The translations under genes and the position numbers were made by a program. The notes below the pieces were generated by a model, which saw nothing but the letters and a program-made list of their open reading frames with translations, made no database searches and had not been told where the DNA came from. DNA of 64,000 nt from Antedon mediterranea (lineage: Eukaryota > Animalia > Echinodermata), in contig NC_092675.1 of assembly GCF_964355755.1 (NCBI RefSeq), forward strand, positions 23,842,912-23,906,911, read 5' to 3'. This document shows positions 1 through 13,468 of this stretch, in pieces. The first letter of the stretch is position 1; each line of letters begins with the position of its first letter.

Positions 1-302
1 AAGGTAAATTCGGTTCGATTCACTGCTCAGCCATGCAATTGCAACCAAGCCATCATACTTCCAGTTTCAGTGGAGGGCATCCCAAGCATATTCAAATAAC
101 CACCCAGTAATTTCAAAGTTATCTTGAAATTTTACATGTGGTGAGGCAAACCAGGCTTGACACACTGGTAGATAGCCACAGATGGTAGTAAAAAACAACA
201 TACTGTAGGCCAGCACATCATTAAAGGGCTAAAAGGGTTTCATTATGTAAGCATTTTCAATCTTCATTTTAATAATAATAATAAGTTTTTTTCCCCCCAC
301 AG

Positions 303-3300
303 GGACTTGCTTCATGCACAAACTCCAGCATTAGTCAAAGACAGACGATACCATTTAAGAATTTTTAACAAATGTTTTGTTGGAAGAGAAGTTGTTGATT
401 GGTTAATGTTCAATGAAGGTTTAGTTGACAGGTCAAAGGTTATTGAAATGATGACTTTGCTTCAGAAGAACAATGTTTTCCATCATGGTATTTTGAGCAT
501 TATTATGTTTCTTGTTAAATTTTCTGCTAAAGTACTACTGTATAAATATATAAATTGAAGGCCATCTCACATAGTTAATAATTATAAAACTTTTTTTAAA
601 CTTTCACAATAGAAGGCATTGTCTCATATGAAACCACAAAATATCATATTCACCACATTTTTGGAATACACAACACAATTCTCACGAAATGTAGTGTTAA
701 ATTACTTAAATATTTCTAAATAATCAGCTTTTATTTAATAATAATTATCTCTTCTTAATTAGAAAATTATATAAATTTGCATCTTAATCTTTATGAATCA
801 TATTCATGTACAGTATCTATAAGGAAATACTTTATTTAGAATGTTTGGGAATTCCCCCTTTTTTACATACCTTAAAATGAAAGAGGATACTTTAGTTCTT
901 TCCACAGGCAAACTTTCAATTTCACAAAAACCAGCACATAATGAGAAAACTTGAAATCCTAAGTCTTAAGACTTGTTTACACTATCAAAGTTTATAAGAC
1001 AAAAATAATGATGTGCCCATATATATGGACATGATGATATCATACCACTATCTTGTTTGGGCATATCACTACCATATTTGGGCACATCACACTTTTTTTG
1101 TCAAACTAGTTTTATAGTGAAGACAGAGCTTTAAACAGAGGTTGTACGGCTGCATAACTTTGTTGTTATACGAATGGGAAATCTTTATGTTGAAAAGAAG
1201 AAGTTGTCCTGATAAATCCAAGCTTGTTCCTTACTTAATGTGCTGTTTTACTAAATGCTCTTCAGAAAAACAATACAGTACTGTTTAAAGTCCTCAATGG
1301 AATATGAAAATTGATTTAAATGCAGCTAGATTTTCAAGACATATACCTTTTCAATTACTTCCGTCTCATGAAACTAGATTGAAGTGAGTCAATCAACATG
1401 ACAAAAACAACAAACTTGTCATATATATAAATTATAAAGATGTATTGTCCCCAAAAACATGAAAAATTAAGATTAATTAGATCAGAATTTGAATATGTTA
1501 TTTTGTAGTTTAATAAAGTTAATCACTTCCATAGAAAAAAAAAAGAAAAAAATATGATGTTTTCACTTATAAAATGACAAAATAAATGGTTAAATTCAAC
1601 CAAAAATCCATTGGCTGGCAGCCAATTTGACCATTTTTTGCTTTAAATTACATTTTTCCAGGTAAATTCCTTTTTTCTTCCGATCTACTTTTTGGTCAAA
1701 GTGTATATATATATTGAATATAACTATTGTGTTATGGAATGGCATATTAAAAAAAAATTGTTTTAAGAATAATTTTTTCAGGGGGACAATACATCTTTAA
1801 TTGAAAGCGCCATAATAGTTTTATCTTAAATTATCCATTGGCTGGCAGCCAATTTGACCATTTTTTGCTTTAAATTACATTTTTCCAGGTAAATTCCTTT
1901 TTTCTTCCGATCTACTTTTTGGTCAAAGTGTATATATATATTGAATATAACTATTGTGTTATGGAATGGCATATTAAAAAAAAATTGTTTTAAGAATAAT
2001 TTTTTCAGGGGGACAATACATCTTTAATTGAAAGCGCCATAATAGTTTTATCTTAAATTATCAAATTTTGTTTGCACATTTCAGTTACAGATGATCACAG
2101 TTTTAAAGATGATTATTTATTTTACCGTTTCCGACTTGATGATAACACGTTTGTTATGAAGAGAGAAAACGAACCGTTCATCAAGGGATGGCACTTGTTT
2201 ACAAAGTAATTATAATTTTACAAATATCACATTAAACCCTTCCCCTCAATGTTCCCACCCCTCCCCTCAATGTTTGTACCCCTCACCCCCAATTTTATCC
2301 AAACACCCCCATCCTTCAATTTTAAGAGCTAAATTTAAATTATTAGATATGTTTGATATCTGTTTTTGACAGAATATTAATTTATAGTACTGAATATAGT
2401 ATATATATAGTATATATGGAACGAATAAAGATTTGATTTGAATCTGGAACATTGAAAATATGAATATAATTATTGATGATGATAATAATAATAATTCAAA
2501 AAAAAAAAAGCTTACATAATGATTTCACTTATAAAAAGATAAATTTACTGGTAAATGTGACCAAAAATCTTTATAGCTGACAGATACTGGACTTTTTGTC
2601 AAATTTGTTTTCATAGTGAATAACTGTTATGTGACATTGAAATGGCATACATATTCAACAAAAATATGTTTAATAATTAGCAAAGTTGAATGGATCTTGT
2701 AAAATATTTATATTACATTTTAAATTGAAACCAGCAACACTGATATTATATGTCAATTATTTGTTAATATTTGATATCTGATTATTATTTTATTTATGGC
2801 ATAGTAACCAAAATTGTTTAATAATAAAATAAATCAACAGACAACTATATTCATTTAATTAATTTTAATATGTTTATATGAGAAAAGTTACTTCTAAATT
2901 ATAAATATAAATTATCTGTTTTGTTATTTCTAAAAGTTTTTAATTTGATTTTTCAGATTGTCCAAATCAGGGAATTCAATCACGTTCCTTCAAAGCAGAG
3001 TAGAAAATAGCATCTCATATGAAAAGGTAAACCTTTATATAAAGATGGAAAATTTCCACTTAATTAAATGCAATTACAGTATACCATAGTGTAGATAAAT
3101 CGGTTTTTTTTTAATTACTGTTATTAAAAATAGAGGTTATACTTTCACAAGAATCATGGATATGTACTTACATGAAAATCTTGCACTCTTATTGATATAT
3201 ATATAACAAATTTATTTTATATATTTATCCAAAAGCAAATTACTGACAAAAATGACAATGCGGTGACAATGAAGATATAAAATAAGCAGAAAGCTAAATC

Positions 3301-6300
3301 AAAATGATAAAGTAAAACAGCTAGAAAAGTTAGCAGAGCTTTCGTGCAACGCTATCCCTTCATCGGTGCAAGTGATATATTTTATATATTATATATATTA
3401 TAACATTTCGTGTCTGTGTCTTTGTTTTAAAATTGGATGCAACTTGTCTTTTGTAGTGTTTCTATGGGTCTGAAATGGTTGATTATCTGGTCAAGAAAGG
3501 CCAAGTGGGTTCACGTCAGGAAGCGGTCATGCTTGGAAAAGACCTTCTTGAAAGTGAAATTATTCATCATGGTAATATTAATATAATTGTTATTTTTATT
3601 TAATTTCTATCATTAATGTGTTAGCATTACAGCTATATTGATGAACTGACTACAAAATGGCTTTGTCTAAAGAAAAGTTATTGGTCAGAGGGTTAGCCCA
3701 ACTTTGACATAATTGAACTTGTACTCAATGTAGAACCAGTACAATTAAAATTGATTGAAAATGCAGCTGTATTTGCATGAGCAAAAAGTTTGTTGTGTTT
3801 TTAAATAAACCTAGTATAGATACATTAAACCTAGTATAGATAAATGAAACCTAGTATAGATAAATTAAACCTAGTATAGAAAAATTAAACCAAGTATAGA
3901 TAAATTAAACCTAGTATAGATAAATTAAACCTAGTATAGATAAATTAAACCTAGTATAGATAAATTAAACCTACTATAGATAAATTAAACCTGGTATAGA
4001 TAAATTAAACCTAGTATAGATAAATTAAACCTGGTATAAATAAATTAAACCTGGTATAAATAAATTAAACCTGGTATAGATAAATTAAACCTGGTATAGA
4101 TAAATTAAACCTAGTATAAATTAAACCTAGTATAGATAAATTTAACCTAGTATAGATAAATTAAACCTAGTATAGATAAATTAAACTTGATTTGGTTAGT
4201 TTGTTGTAGAGATATATTGTGCAGTGATAAATCAGTGGATTGTGTCAATCATGGTATCTGTGATAGCGCTAAGTCTGCCCTTTTTAACACTTTATTTTAC
4301 TTGTTAAAACCATTTTAATCTTTTTGATTCGTGTAAATCTTTATTTTGATGTGTTTTATTTTGCTGTACAGTTTTTATATGTTTCTCCTAAGGGAGGTGA
4401 ATAAATTTGAATTGAATAAGGAAGTAAGACAATAAACCACTATTCAAAATGTGGTATGGAACCTGCTGTGCTGGAATTGAAAAGATCCTTGTATATTAAA
4501 ACGAAAAGCAAAAAATGAACATAACATTTACAGTGCGTGCATTGTTTATAGAATACTCTGACTTTGTTTCTCTCAGGTTTTTAATCTAAATTCAATGTAC
4601 TTACTGTACTATTTTTTAATTAAGTGCATCTTGACAATTTTGTCTTGTTTTTTTTAATGACAGTGAGAGATGAACATCACTTCAAAGATGAGCATTTGGT
4701 GTACCAGTTTCATCCACATCTTGAGACTATCAAATTATCTGACCTGTTGAACTTTGACATAAAGCCAATACGAATTTCATCAGCCAGCTCTTCACCAACA
4801 ATTAGTTATATGATGCAATCTAATAAACTGCATTCACCAAATGAAGATATTTCAATCGGTTAGTTAAACTAATAGTGTTATGGTTATAATTTATAATGAT
4901 AATTAATTTTGAGGTAAATCATTATTTGTTTTGGTATATCTTTTTAAATCATCATGGCCTCTTGATAGCTTGGCGCAATAAAGATATTTGTTTGTAAATG
5001 TGTTTGGTATACATTTGGTGGATAAGCGAAGGACTATTTCATTATTTTGTTTTACTTCTAGAGAAATATCAGAAGTTTTGAAACTACCCATTGTACTCTT
5101 AAATTGTTTTTTTTTTTGTCATGTGTGTACTTTCAAATTGTTTACATATACGGTTGAACTATTTGTCTCAAATGTTGTGTATATGCATTTTTTCAGTGTC
5201 AATTCCAAGACATGCTTCATTGCCTGGTAATTTTGACGGCTTGTCATTGCGTACCCTTCGAAGTTTCAATATAGATGAGCCAGCTTCCTCGCAATCATCA
5301 AACTCTTCACCAAAAGTGTCAGGAGACACCAAAGCACCGCCGTCCGTTCTTCTGCGACAAGCCACAGTAGACGAGCTGATGTCACAAGAATCACCATATA
5401 TCCGTAAAACAATGACAGTAAGTTAGATTGTTTCTAAAACTCTATCTACACTATAAAAAAATGTGGTGTGCCCAAATATAGTAGTGATACAGTATGTCCA
5501 AATATGGTAGTGATATGCTCAAATATGGTAGTGGTATGACATTATCATATCCATAGGCACATAACATTTTTTGTCACAAAAAGACACATCACATTGCAAT
5601 CGCTTGTAGCAATTACGACATTTTATCATATTTCCAATCTCAATACGAAATCGTGTGTGAAAGCTCACATTAATATTGCAATTCAATTCATTGGCTATTA
5701 CAATCTTTGTTAATCCTGATCACATGGAAAAAATTGATTTATAAACTCTGTTCACAAAATTTTGTAAAAAGTATTGTAAAAATATTCAACAAAACTTAAC
5801 CTAGTTTGGAAAATTTTCTTTCTATTTACTGTATCTTATTTTCTATTTTTGTACAAAAATATGAGATAAGATTATAAAATGTTGAGTCCGTTCAGGGTAA
5901 GTTATGTTCCTACCCGGGTAAAATAACTAAACTTTATTTAAGGTGGACATATTATGCTCACACCAATTCCTTATTTAGATTACAATTGATTCTTTTCATT
6001 GTCAGTCAGTTTTTATATTCATTTTCATATGCTTGCATTTTGTGTTCGTTGCGTCAAAGCAAACTCTGATCAGAGCATGGCTTCTCTAAGAGTATTCTGA
6101 AACCATCTCCTGTCATCCTACTGGCTTGCTCCATAGAGCCAAACACATCTGTTATAGTCTTTTCTCATTTACATCTTGGTATTCCACTTCTTCTCTTCCC
6201 TGGAATATAAGCCTCCAACACTCTCTTCTTATACACACATTATTTTCCTTGTTCATTTCAGATTACAAGTGATTCTGTAGGGTATGGTTTTATTGTACGA

Positions 6301-6510
6301 GGTAGTGCTCCTTGCTACATACAAACAGTGGATCCGACCGGACCAGCAGCTGAAAAGGGTCTAAAGGTGCGTCAATATGTCTCATCCGTCAACGGCCATG
6401 ATTGCCTTAAGATGTCGCATCAAGAAGTTGCAGATCTAATCCTAAAGCGGCAAAACGAGGTTACTCTCGAAATCATGACCCATTTCAGAGATGCCTCGAA
6501 AACTACATGA
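303..6510 (+). CDS. DEPTOR: DEP domain-containing mTOR-interacting protein homologue (DEP-DEP-linker-PDZ), 5'-partial, 7 coding exons in window
   Basis: Exons 303-487, 2085-2205, 2957-3026, 3457-3571, 4664-4858, 5197-5417, 6262-6510, all GT-AG with matching phases. Translation gives DEP1 (KDRRYHLRIFNKCFVGREVVDWL...HHVTDDHSFKDDYLFYRFRLDD), DEP2 (CFYGSEMVDYLV...HHVRDEHHFKDEHLVYQF), a Ser-rich linker and a PDZ (DSVGYGFIVRGSAPCYIQTVDPTGPAA...SVNG), matching vertebrate DEPTOR as I recall it. AAG|GTAAAT at 1-9 may be the donor of the preceding exon. Confidence 0.92.
969..1130. mobile_element. MITE family A (~160 bp, TIR AGCTCTGTCTACACTATCAAAC), PIF/Harbinger-like
   Basis: Degenerate terminal inverted repeats; same internal CACTACCATATTTGGGCA repeats as the other family A copies. 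Confidence 0.75.
1438..1796. mobile_element. MITE family K (~330-360 bp, TIR AGATGTATTGTCCCC), Kolobok-like
   Basis: AGATGTATTGTCCCC...GGGGACAATACATCT followed by TTAA; homologous copies at 31350 and 51908 in the opposite orientation. Confidence 0.75.
1606..2062. repeat. Direct tandem duplication of ~227 bp
   Basis: ATCCATTGGCTGGCAGCC... starts at 1606 and again at 1833; copies near-identical; duplicates the right half of the family K MITE plus flank. Confidence 0.9.
3230..3375 (-). mobile_element. Penelope-like terminal-repeat fragment with degenerate minimal hammerhead motif
   Basis: Homologous to 52665-52795 and 53380-53550; minus strand reads GCA-CCGATGA-A-GGGA..GCAC-GAAA-GC-TC-TGC. Confidence 0.55.
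3805..4187. repeat. Minisatellite, 20-bp unit TAAATTAAACCTAGTATAGA, about 19 copies
   Basis: Head-to-tail repeats without spacers in a DEPTOR intron. Confidence 0.95.
6075..6232 (-). mobile_element. RTE-clade LINE 3' fragment (decayed)
   Basis: Minus strand translates KRVLEAYIPGKRRSGIPRCK*EKTITD, resembling the GKRRRGRPRxxW C-terminus of RTE ORFs. Confidence 0.5.
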
Positions 6511-7195
6511 ACAGCTACAATGAGATTGTATGCTACATTTGTATTACTGTATTCCAATATTACAAGGTAACTTCTCATACGTAGGGCAATTTCAGGTAAA
6601 ATGCAGCCAAGTGGTATTACATAAATTCTTGTCACTTATTTCAAAGAGACACAATTTGTACACAAATTATGTACAAACCCAGAAAGTAGAAACAAATGCT
6701 TTTTTCTTGTTTGCTACATCAGTGACAATTCAAATTTTAAAAAAAGGAAAGATGTTCAATTGTTGTATATTCTGTTACATGCATTAGATGTATAGGATTG
6801 TTGGACCAACTGGTTATTAACAAGGGCATTGTCCATAGGACTCAACTGATTCCATTCATAATGCAATGGATCAAAGGCTGTGAAATATTTATACTTATTA
6901 ATTGTGATCCAAAGAGTGCATATGTTACAGATCAAATTGTTATGAGTGTATCATATATTTTGGAATCATTATGTAAAATTGTAAGATAAATCTGTTGATG
7001 AAACATCGATATACAACACAATGATTCTAAAAGGATGATATATTCATAAATTTTGGGCAGCCCTTACAATATGGTAGATAAGAAAAAAGATTTTTAGAAA
7101 AAGGATTCTTCTACCTCTGTTTCGACAATCAGAAGAATTAATGTGAGGAGTGCCAGCAAAATGTTAGGTCGGTCATCTAATACACTATTGTCTAA

Positions 7196-7356
7196 AGCCT
7201 TGTCTACACTATCAAACTTTATGTGTTAAAAAAGTTTGATGTGCCTATATATGGTAGTGCTATTTTTAAACATGGTAGTGATATGACATTATCATGTCCA
7301 TATATGGGTACATCACATGTTTTTGTCACATAAAGTTTGATAGTGTAGACAAGGCT
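7196..7356. mobile_element. MITE family A, best-preserved copy
   Basis: Perfect 30-bp TIR AGCCTTGTCTACACTATCAAACTTTATGTG / CACATAAAGTTTGATAGTGTAGACAAGGCT with TAA on both sides (TWA duplication typical of PIF/Harbinger). Further full or partial copies near 5439, 11154, 12090, 12692, 19479, 30665, 36350, 39490, 50760. Confidence 0.85.
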
Positions 7357-9644
7357 TAAAATGCTGTCAACGACTCTGCGAGTCTTATCTTGTATATGCA
7401 TATTAATAGATATTCGTAATTAGATTGTATAAGTAGTGCCTATGCAATAACTTCCATGTTTTAATAAAACATTTTTCAGATTTTAAAATAGAGCACAAAT
7501 CTTAAGCTGGTGACTTAATTGAATAATCTCTATCTTTGATAACATGTTGAGGCTTCCAGTTTTGCTATAAACTTCTTCATACTTAAAATATATAATATAG
7601 AAAGATTATAATCATGTGTAGGAGTTTTTGTCAACCTCCTTACAATCTTGAAATTCTGTCGAAACAAGAGGTTTATTTTGTAAAGAGATAATTCAATTCA
7701 TGAAACCGTAGTAAATTTGTTTTTTGGACAATTCTAGAAACTTTTTGTTGGATGCATTTGTAGCAGACCCCACAACTACTATAGATTGTAAACTGTCAAA
7801 AATCTTACAAAAATAAACACCCTTGTCTCAAAGTGTTTTTTCTTTCCAAAAGGTGTCGGATTAGAAGTATTTTAAAGAATAGAAATTAATGCGAGGCCTT
7901 CAAAATAAAAGTCTGGTTTTGGGAGTTTTCAGTGTGTACTGAAAATTTATTCAAAGGTAACTTTATTTTAATGTTGATTCTTTAGGATGTATTTGTTCAT
8001 AGTATTTTACTGTATTTGGTTTTGGGATACTAGTATTTGTGTTTCTGTGCATAATAATCATATAAACAAAAAAAATATTTATTTTCATTTGGATGCCAAT
8101 TCTATATAACTTTATATTTAGTGTGTGATATAAGCTGATTATTTTATCGACTAAATGAATGGTTTATAATTAATTATTCCAACATAGGAAAACGAATATT
8201 GTTTAATTTTAGAATAGATTTTAACTACTCTAACAATAATAATATTGTATATTATTTTATGGTTGAAAATATACCTACAATTTATTTACGAAGGCCAGTT
8301 CGTTTATATTCCGCAGTATATTTTATAATTACGGTTTTACTTTCAGCATAATTCTAAGAATTTTAGAACAGTATAAATAAACCTAATAAGGGTATTTTTT
8401 ATTAAAGACAAAGGCTAACAGCCTAATGGTTCAGAAAATAATAAAAATTATGTCAATATTTTTTTTATCTGAAGTTCATTATTTGGTTCAAAGTGTACTT
8501 TTATTGTAATTGATTGCATGTTCAGTTAAAACACATGAAACACTACGGTTGGCATCTTCAATTTTTCACTACACATTTAGTAGAAATTACAGGATGAGAA
8601 AGAGCCCTTTATGATACATTTCTAGAGCCAGAACCTGAATTTAATTTGGGGAGGCAAGCATAATATACTGTTCTTTTTATTTGTAGGCTACACACATATA
8701 GGTATAATAGATTTGTATTTATAATGCGCTTTATATAACAACCATGTCAAAGGTCAATCAACTAGATACTTTTCTCTTGTATTGTGTGAAGCTGCCACCG
8801 AAGAAGACTGCTTTCTCATCCGTTCACAATGACACTAACTGGCAGTAATCTGGGGTAAACTCCTACTCTTCTGAAAAATGCATGACTTTTGACTATTTGT
8901 TTTGCAATGTGGAACCAGCATTCTGTACGAAGAATTCGTGTCTTTCTACACCACACCATTTTTTTGCTGCCAAGTGTAGTGCATATCAATGCATCGGTAT
9001 TTGCACTAAAATACAGTGTATCTGGTTATATGCCAAAATTAGTTTGTTTATTGTCGCATGCAACTCAACTCTACAGCTCACTATGTCGGTCGGTAAACAC
9101 TAACTTGAGCACGCGACTGCAGCCATGTATATGGCCTTGTTGATATTCTTCCCAGGAAATATACTCTCCCAGATGATTCTTTCATTTTTACTAACATGGT
9201 TACCTTGTATAACCAATCTTTATAAATTACAAACATTGCCTGTGAGAACTTTGTTCCTGTTGAAATTACAAATTTAGGGTTTCATAAATATTGTAAATTG
9301 AATTTTCAACAGGTTTGGTTGATAGAAGCTAGACGCATACATTTATTCAACAATAGGCTTAAATACATTTACAGATTGTCAGTTCAGTGAATCAAACTAA
9401 TCCGAATCTGTTTATTGTAAACAAATAATTACACACTAAAGTGTCTTTCACACTTGTTCCAGTTCAGATGACGCGTACAGCATTAGAGACTTTTGATTTC
9501 ATGACGCACTATATGGCTATGCGCATATCGAGAAAAAGGTCATGGGCCGTCATAAAAATGAACATTGAGATGCAATTTTATTTGCTGGAGCCATTTCACT
9601 TCAATTAAGAAAACACTACAAACTATGTTTCAAGTTACAGTATC

Positions 9645-9650
9645 TTTATT
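9645..9650 (-). terminator. Polyadenylation signal of RPS20
   Basis: AATAAA on the minus strand ~95 nt after the RPS20 stop codon. Confidence 0.6.
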
Positions 9651-9744
9651 TGCTTTATCACACATGTGCTCTTTTTTAAAACCTGGTAATTTGATCTATT
9701 ATCAGCCTGGTCTACACATGATAGGTTTAGACTTTTAAGACTGT

Positions 9745-12700
9745 TTATGCATCAGCAATGGTGACTTCAACTTCAACGCCTGGTTCAATGCTGATTGATG
9801 TCTATAAAATAAGGTTAAGGGGTACAGAACAAAAATTAATACACTTTTGGCAAGGTATATAATTATATACAAACTGCACAAAGACAAAGAATATGCAAAA
9901 AAAAAAGAAGATATTTATGTTCAGATAATCTAATTTGCGGTTGTCTTCTTAACTACTCTACTGCCAGGGAGTCTGATAAAGAGGCCTTGGAGAGTGCCTT
10001 ATCAATTGGAGAGGAACTACTACTATCGGATGACGAAAAAGCTATTCTTCCAAGATGACAAATGCTCGAAACGTGGTAGAAATACAAACACGTTATTTAA
10101 ACAAGTTCTAGATAATGTTGGAATGGTCAGACAAGCCTTCATTAACTCGAAGGCCCGCTAATTTTGAATCGGCATTTATTTATCATATGCCATCTAGAAC
10201 ACTCTGTCAGAGTTATAGATTAAATTTTTATATTATATTAAAACATTAATAGTGGCTTCAACATTTCCTTTTAAACATATTTCACCTCATGAAATTATTT
10301 ATACCATTGCATGCATAAACATTCATTATTAGTATAACATTGTAATAGAATTACTCTTATCAAATTATTTAGAACCTGAAACCACAAGGGTTAACTTCAA
10401 TGTATACAACAGTAAAACACCTTATTATGAGGCACCTTCATGACCTCAATAGAGAAGACACCTTAATGACCTCAATAGGGGAGACACCTTAATGACCTCA
10501 ATAGGGGAGACACCTTCATGAACTCAATAGGGGAGACACCTTCATGACCTCAAAAGGGGAGTCTTAAAACCTTATATTTCCCCTTATTCGTTTGACACAA
10601 AAATACCCACTTATTATAGGGGTGTCCTAAAGGACTATCAACTGATAGTCAACACAATATTTAAACACATTTGCACCCATTATAATTTTAAACTATTTTA
10701 CGATTGTAGAACAAAGCAATTTACTGATGCTTTTGAATTATAAATAAAAGGATACAATCTGCTTAACAATCTCCGAGGGGCTGTGAAGATCAATTAGACG
10801 CTTGTGAATTCGCATTTGGAATCGATCCCAAGTTTTGGAACCTTCACCACATGGAGTTTTACGGGTGGTAATTCGAAGAATCTTGGTTGGCATGCGGATT
10901 GGTCCTTTCACTTGCAGATTTTTATCTTGTGCTCCACGTTTCAACTCAGCACAAACTAAAAAAATAAATGTTTGGTTATAAATATTAGTTTACTATTAAT
11001 AATTATCCTCAAAAAGTGTTTTTATAGTAAAACTTGTCATCTCTCCTACTTTAGAAATATTTGAGAAAAAGGTCTGGTTTAAAAATACATATAGTTAAGG
11101 TTAATAAATGAAGTAATTTTTCTGTAAATTATTGGCCAATCTTCTGGTTGTTAAGCTATGTCTACACTATCAAACCAGTTTGACAAAAAAGTGTGATGTG
11201 CCCAAATATGGTATTGATATGATGTCATCGCACCCATATATGGGCACATCACATTTGTTTGTCACATAAATGTGATAGTGTAGACAGAACTTAAGAGAGC
11301 TATTAACACACTACCTTTTTCTAAATTTTTGACATTGCGACTTGTCAATGTTATTCTTATTCGGTGCACAGTCACATCCTCGGCAGGTCCTTTTCCAGAG
11401 TCTTTGTAGTGAGCCTGAGAATATTCAGAACATTTCATTAAATTGTTTATTTAATAAAATTTAAAAAAATTAAAAAGCACTTAAAATCCATCAAAAAAAA
11501 CACCATGCATAGGCATTTGTCGCAGCTGTTTTCCGAGGTGCCTATGCTTAACTAGTGAAAAACATTTTTCAAATTTTTTTCAATCATAATTATGTAGGCC
11601 TAGGTTAATCTTTTAAGAACATTTTAGTTTTTACATTTTTTTTTTCTCATACGACCCTCCATTCAGAAAGTATGATTTTTAAATTAACACAGTGTCCTGA
11701 AATCCCCTGAAAACACTGTTATTTTTGCTGAGCTGGCCGCGACTGTCATCTCTGCAAGATGGCTTCCGTAGTATGAAAATTGTCTATTAAAAAATTATGA
11801 GGAAATAAATTTTTTTTTAAATAATGAATCTGATTCTGGGATTTTAGAAGCACCATACGCCACAGATAGTTCAGCAGTATAACGTTCATTTCTCAAACAA
11901 TCATTGTTTCATCATCGATCAGAAGTGCGTCCACAATACACATACACTTTATTTTCAGAGAGACTATGGGGTAGTACTACTAGGGATTCTTACCTTACCT
12001 TTAGTGATTAAAAGAGGCTGTGAGCTTAATGCTCGTAATAGTTGCCTCCTCTCCTTTTGTTTATGTGAATGTCGAGGTTTTTTTTTTTATGATGTCATCG
12101 CACCCATATATGGGCACATCACATTTGTTTGTCACATAAATGTGATAGTGTAGACAGAACTTAATAAAGATGCAAATTATAGCTTGCACTAATAGTGCCA
12201 CACACCACACCACCGAGAGTCTGAGTGTTATAGGGATTTACTGTAGCCTAGATAGTCGAGTCGTTGCGCGAGCGAGAGAGCGATAGATGTCCTGTGTCCT
12301 GAAATCCCCTGAAAACACTGTTATTTTTGCTGAGCTGGCCGCGACTGTCATCTCTGCAAGATGGCTTCCGTAGTATGAAAATTGTCTATTAAAAAATTAT
12401 GAGGAAATAAATTTTTTTTTAAATAATGAATCTGATTCTGGGATTTTAGAAGCACCATACGCCACAGATAGTTCAGCAGTATAACGTTCATTTCTCAAAC
12501 AATCATTGTTTCATCATCGATCAGAAGTGCGTCCACAATACACATACACTTTATTTTCAGAGAGACTATGGGGTAGTACTACTAGGGATTCTTACCTTAC
12601 CTTTAGTGATTAAAAGAGGCTGTGAGCTTAATGCTCGTAATAGTTGCCTCCTCTCCTTTTGTTTATGTGAATGTCGAGGTTTTTTTTTTTATGATGTCAT

Positions 12701-13468
12701 CGCACCCATATATGGGCACATCACATTTGTTTGTCACATAAATGTGATAGTGTAGACAGAACTTAATAAAGATGCAAATTATAGCTTGCACTAATAGTGC
12801 CACACACCACACCACCGAGAGTCTGAGTGTTATAGGGATTTACTGTAGCCTAGATAGTCGAGTCGTTGCGCGAGCGAGAGAGCGATAGATGAAACTTGGC
12901 CTATACCATACATGAATTAATAATTAAAATACGACTACGCCACGCGTTAAAATAATTATAATGATATTAATAAGAATCAGTATCTATCTAAGAATCGTAA
13001 TGCTGTTTTTAACGTTGCGACCCCGAATTCCCGAACAGTTTTTTCACATCCACGCGGTGGCTGCCGTCAACAAATCAACTTGTGATTGCATGTTATAATA
13101 TGTACAGTATATTAAATGCGTATGAAAAATCATAAAACTAGTCATGTAATTATATAATTCATAATGATATGAAGTTTATATATGAATGAAGCAACCACTT
13201 TTTAATTACAAAATAAATAGGCCCAAAAGTGGGCCGAATCGTCCCACCAAAAATGGGCCGAATAGTCCCGGGCCGAATCGTCCCTGAATCTGCTACTACT
13301 ACTAGCCTAGGCCTAGGCCCCTAGCTCCATGTGTGTGCGATGACTGGGTGGGCCTAACCTAGCTAACAAAAATGAATCATAAATGTACTATTATTTCAAG
13401 ATACCTACAGAATATATACATACACAATAACATCATGAATTGTATTACAACTCTATCATACTAACCAT
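9745..13468 (-). CDS. RPS20: 40S ribosomal protein S20 (uS10), 119 aa, 4 coding exons
   Basis: Exons 13468-13466 (ATG only), 11414-11315, 10955-10756, 9801-9745; GT-AG with matching phases. Protein [43 protein letters not shown]...[70 protein letters not shown]. Confidence 0.98.
10431..10561. repeat. Minisatellite, 26-bp unit GACACCTTAATGACCTCAATAGGGGA, about 5 copies
   Basis: Tandem units without spacers in RPS20 intron 3. Confidence 0.9.
11154..11291. mobile_element. MITE family A copy in RPS20 intron 2
   Basis: AGCTATGTCTACACTATCA...TGATAGTGTAGACAGAACT inverted ends. Confidence 0.8.
11692..12891. repeat. Tandem duplication of 598 bp in RPS20 intron 1
   Basis: 11692-12289 and 12294-12891 look identical, including homopolymer lengths; 4-bp TCCT junction. 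Confidence 0.93.

Noticed and set aside
3805-4187. Regular repeats here, at 10431-10561 and at 61018-61430 as CRISPR arrays
   Set aside because: Units are contiguous with no unique spacers, there are no cas genes, and the context is eukaryotic introns.
9925-10160. Protein-like plus-strand reading (…[29 protein letters not shown]) as a decayed gene fragment
   Set aside because: Short, stop-interrupted and not assignable to a family without a search.
11507-11547. Hairpin GCATAGGCA...TGCCTATGC as a miRNA or H/ACA RNA
   Set aside because: Stem of only ~12 bp, no second hairpin or H/ACA boxes.
11860-11925. ATGATGA...CTGA on the minus strand as a C/D snoRNA (also in the duplicate copy)
   Set aside because: Only ~45 nt from box C to box D, no terminal stem, no recognisable guide.
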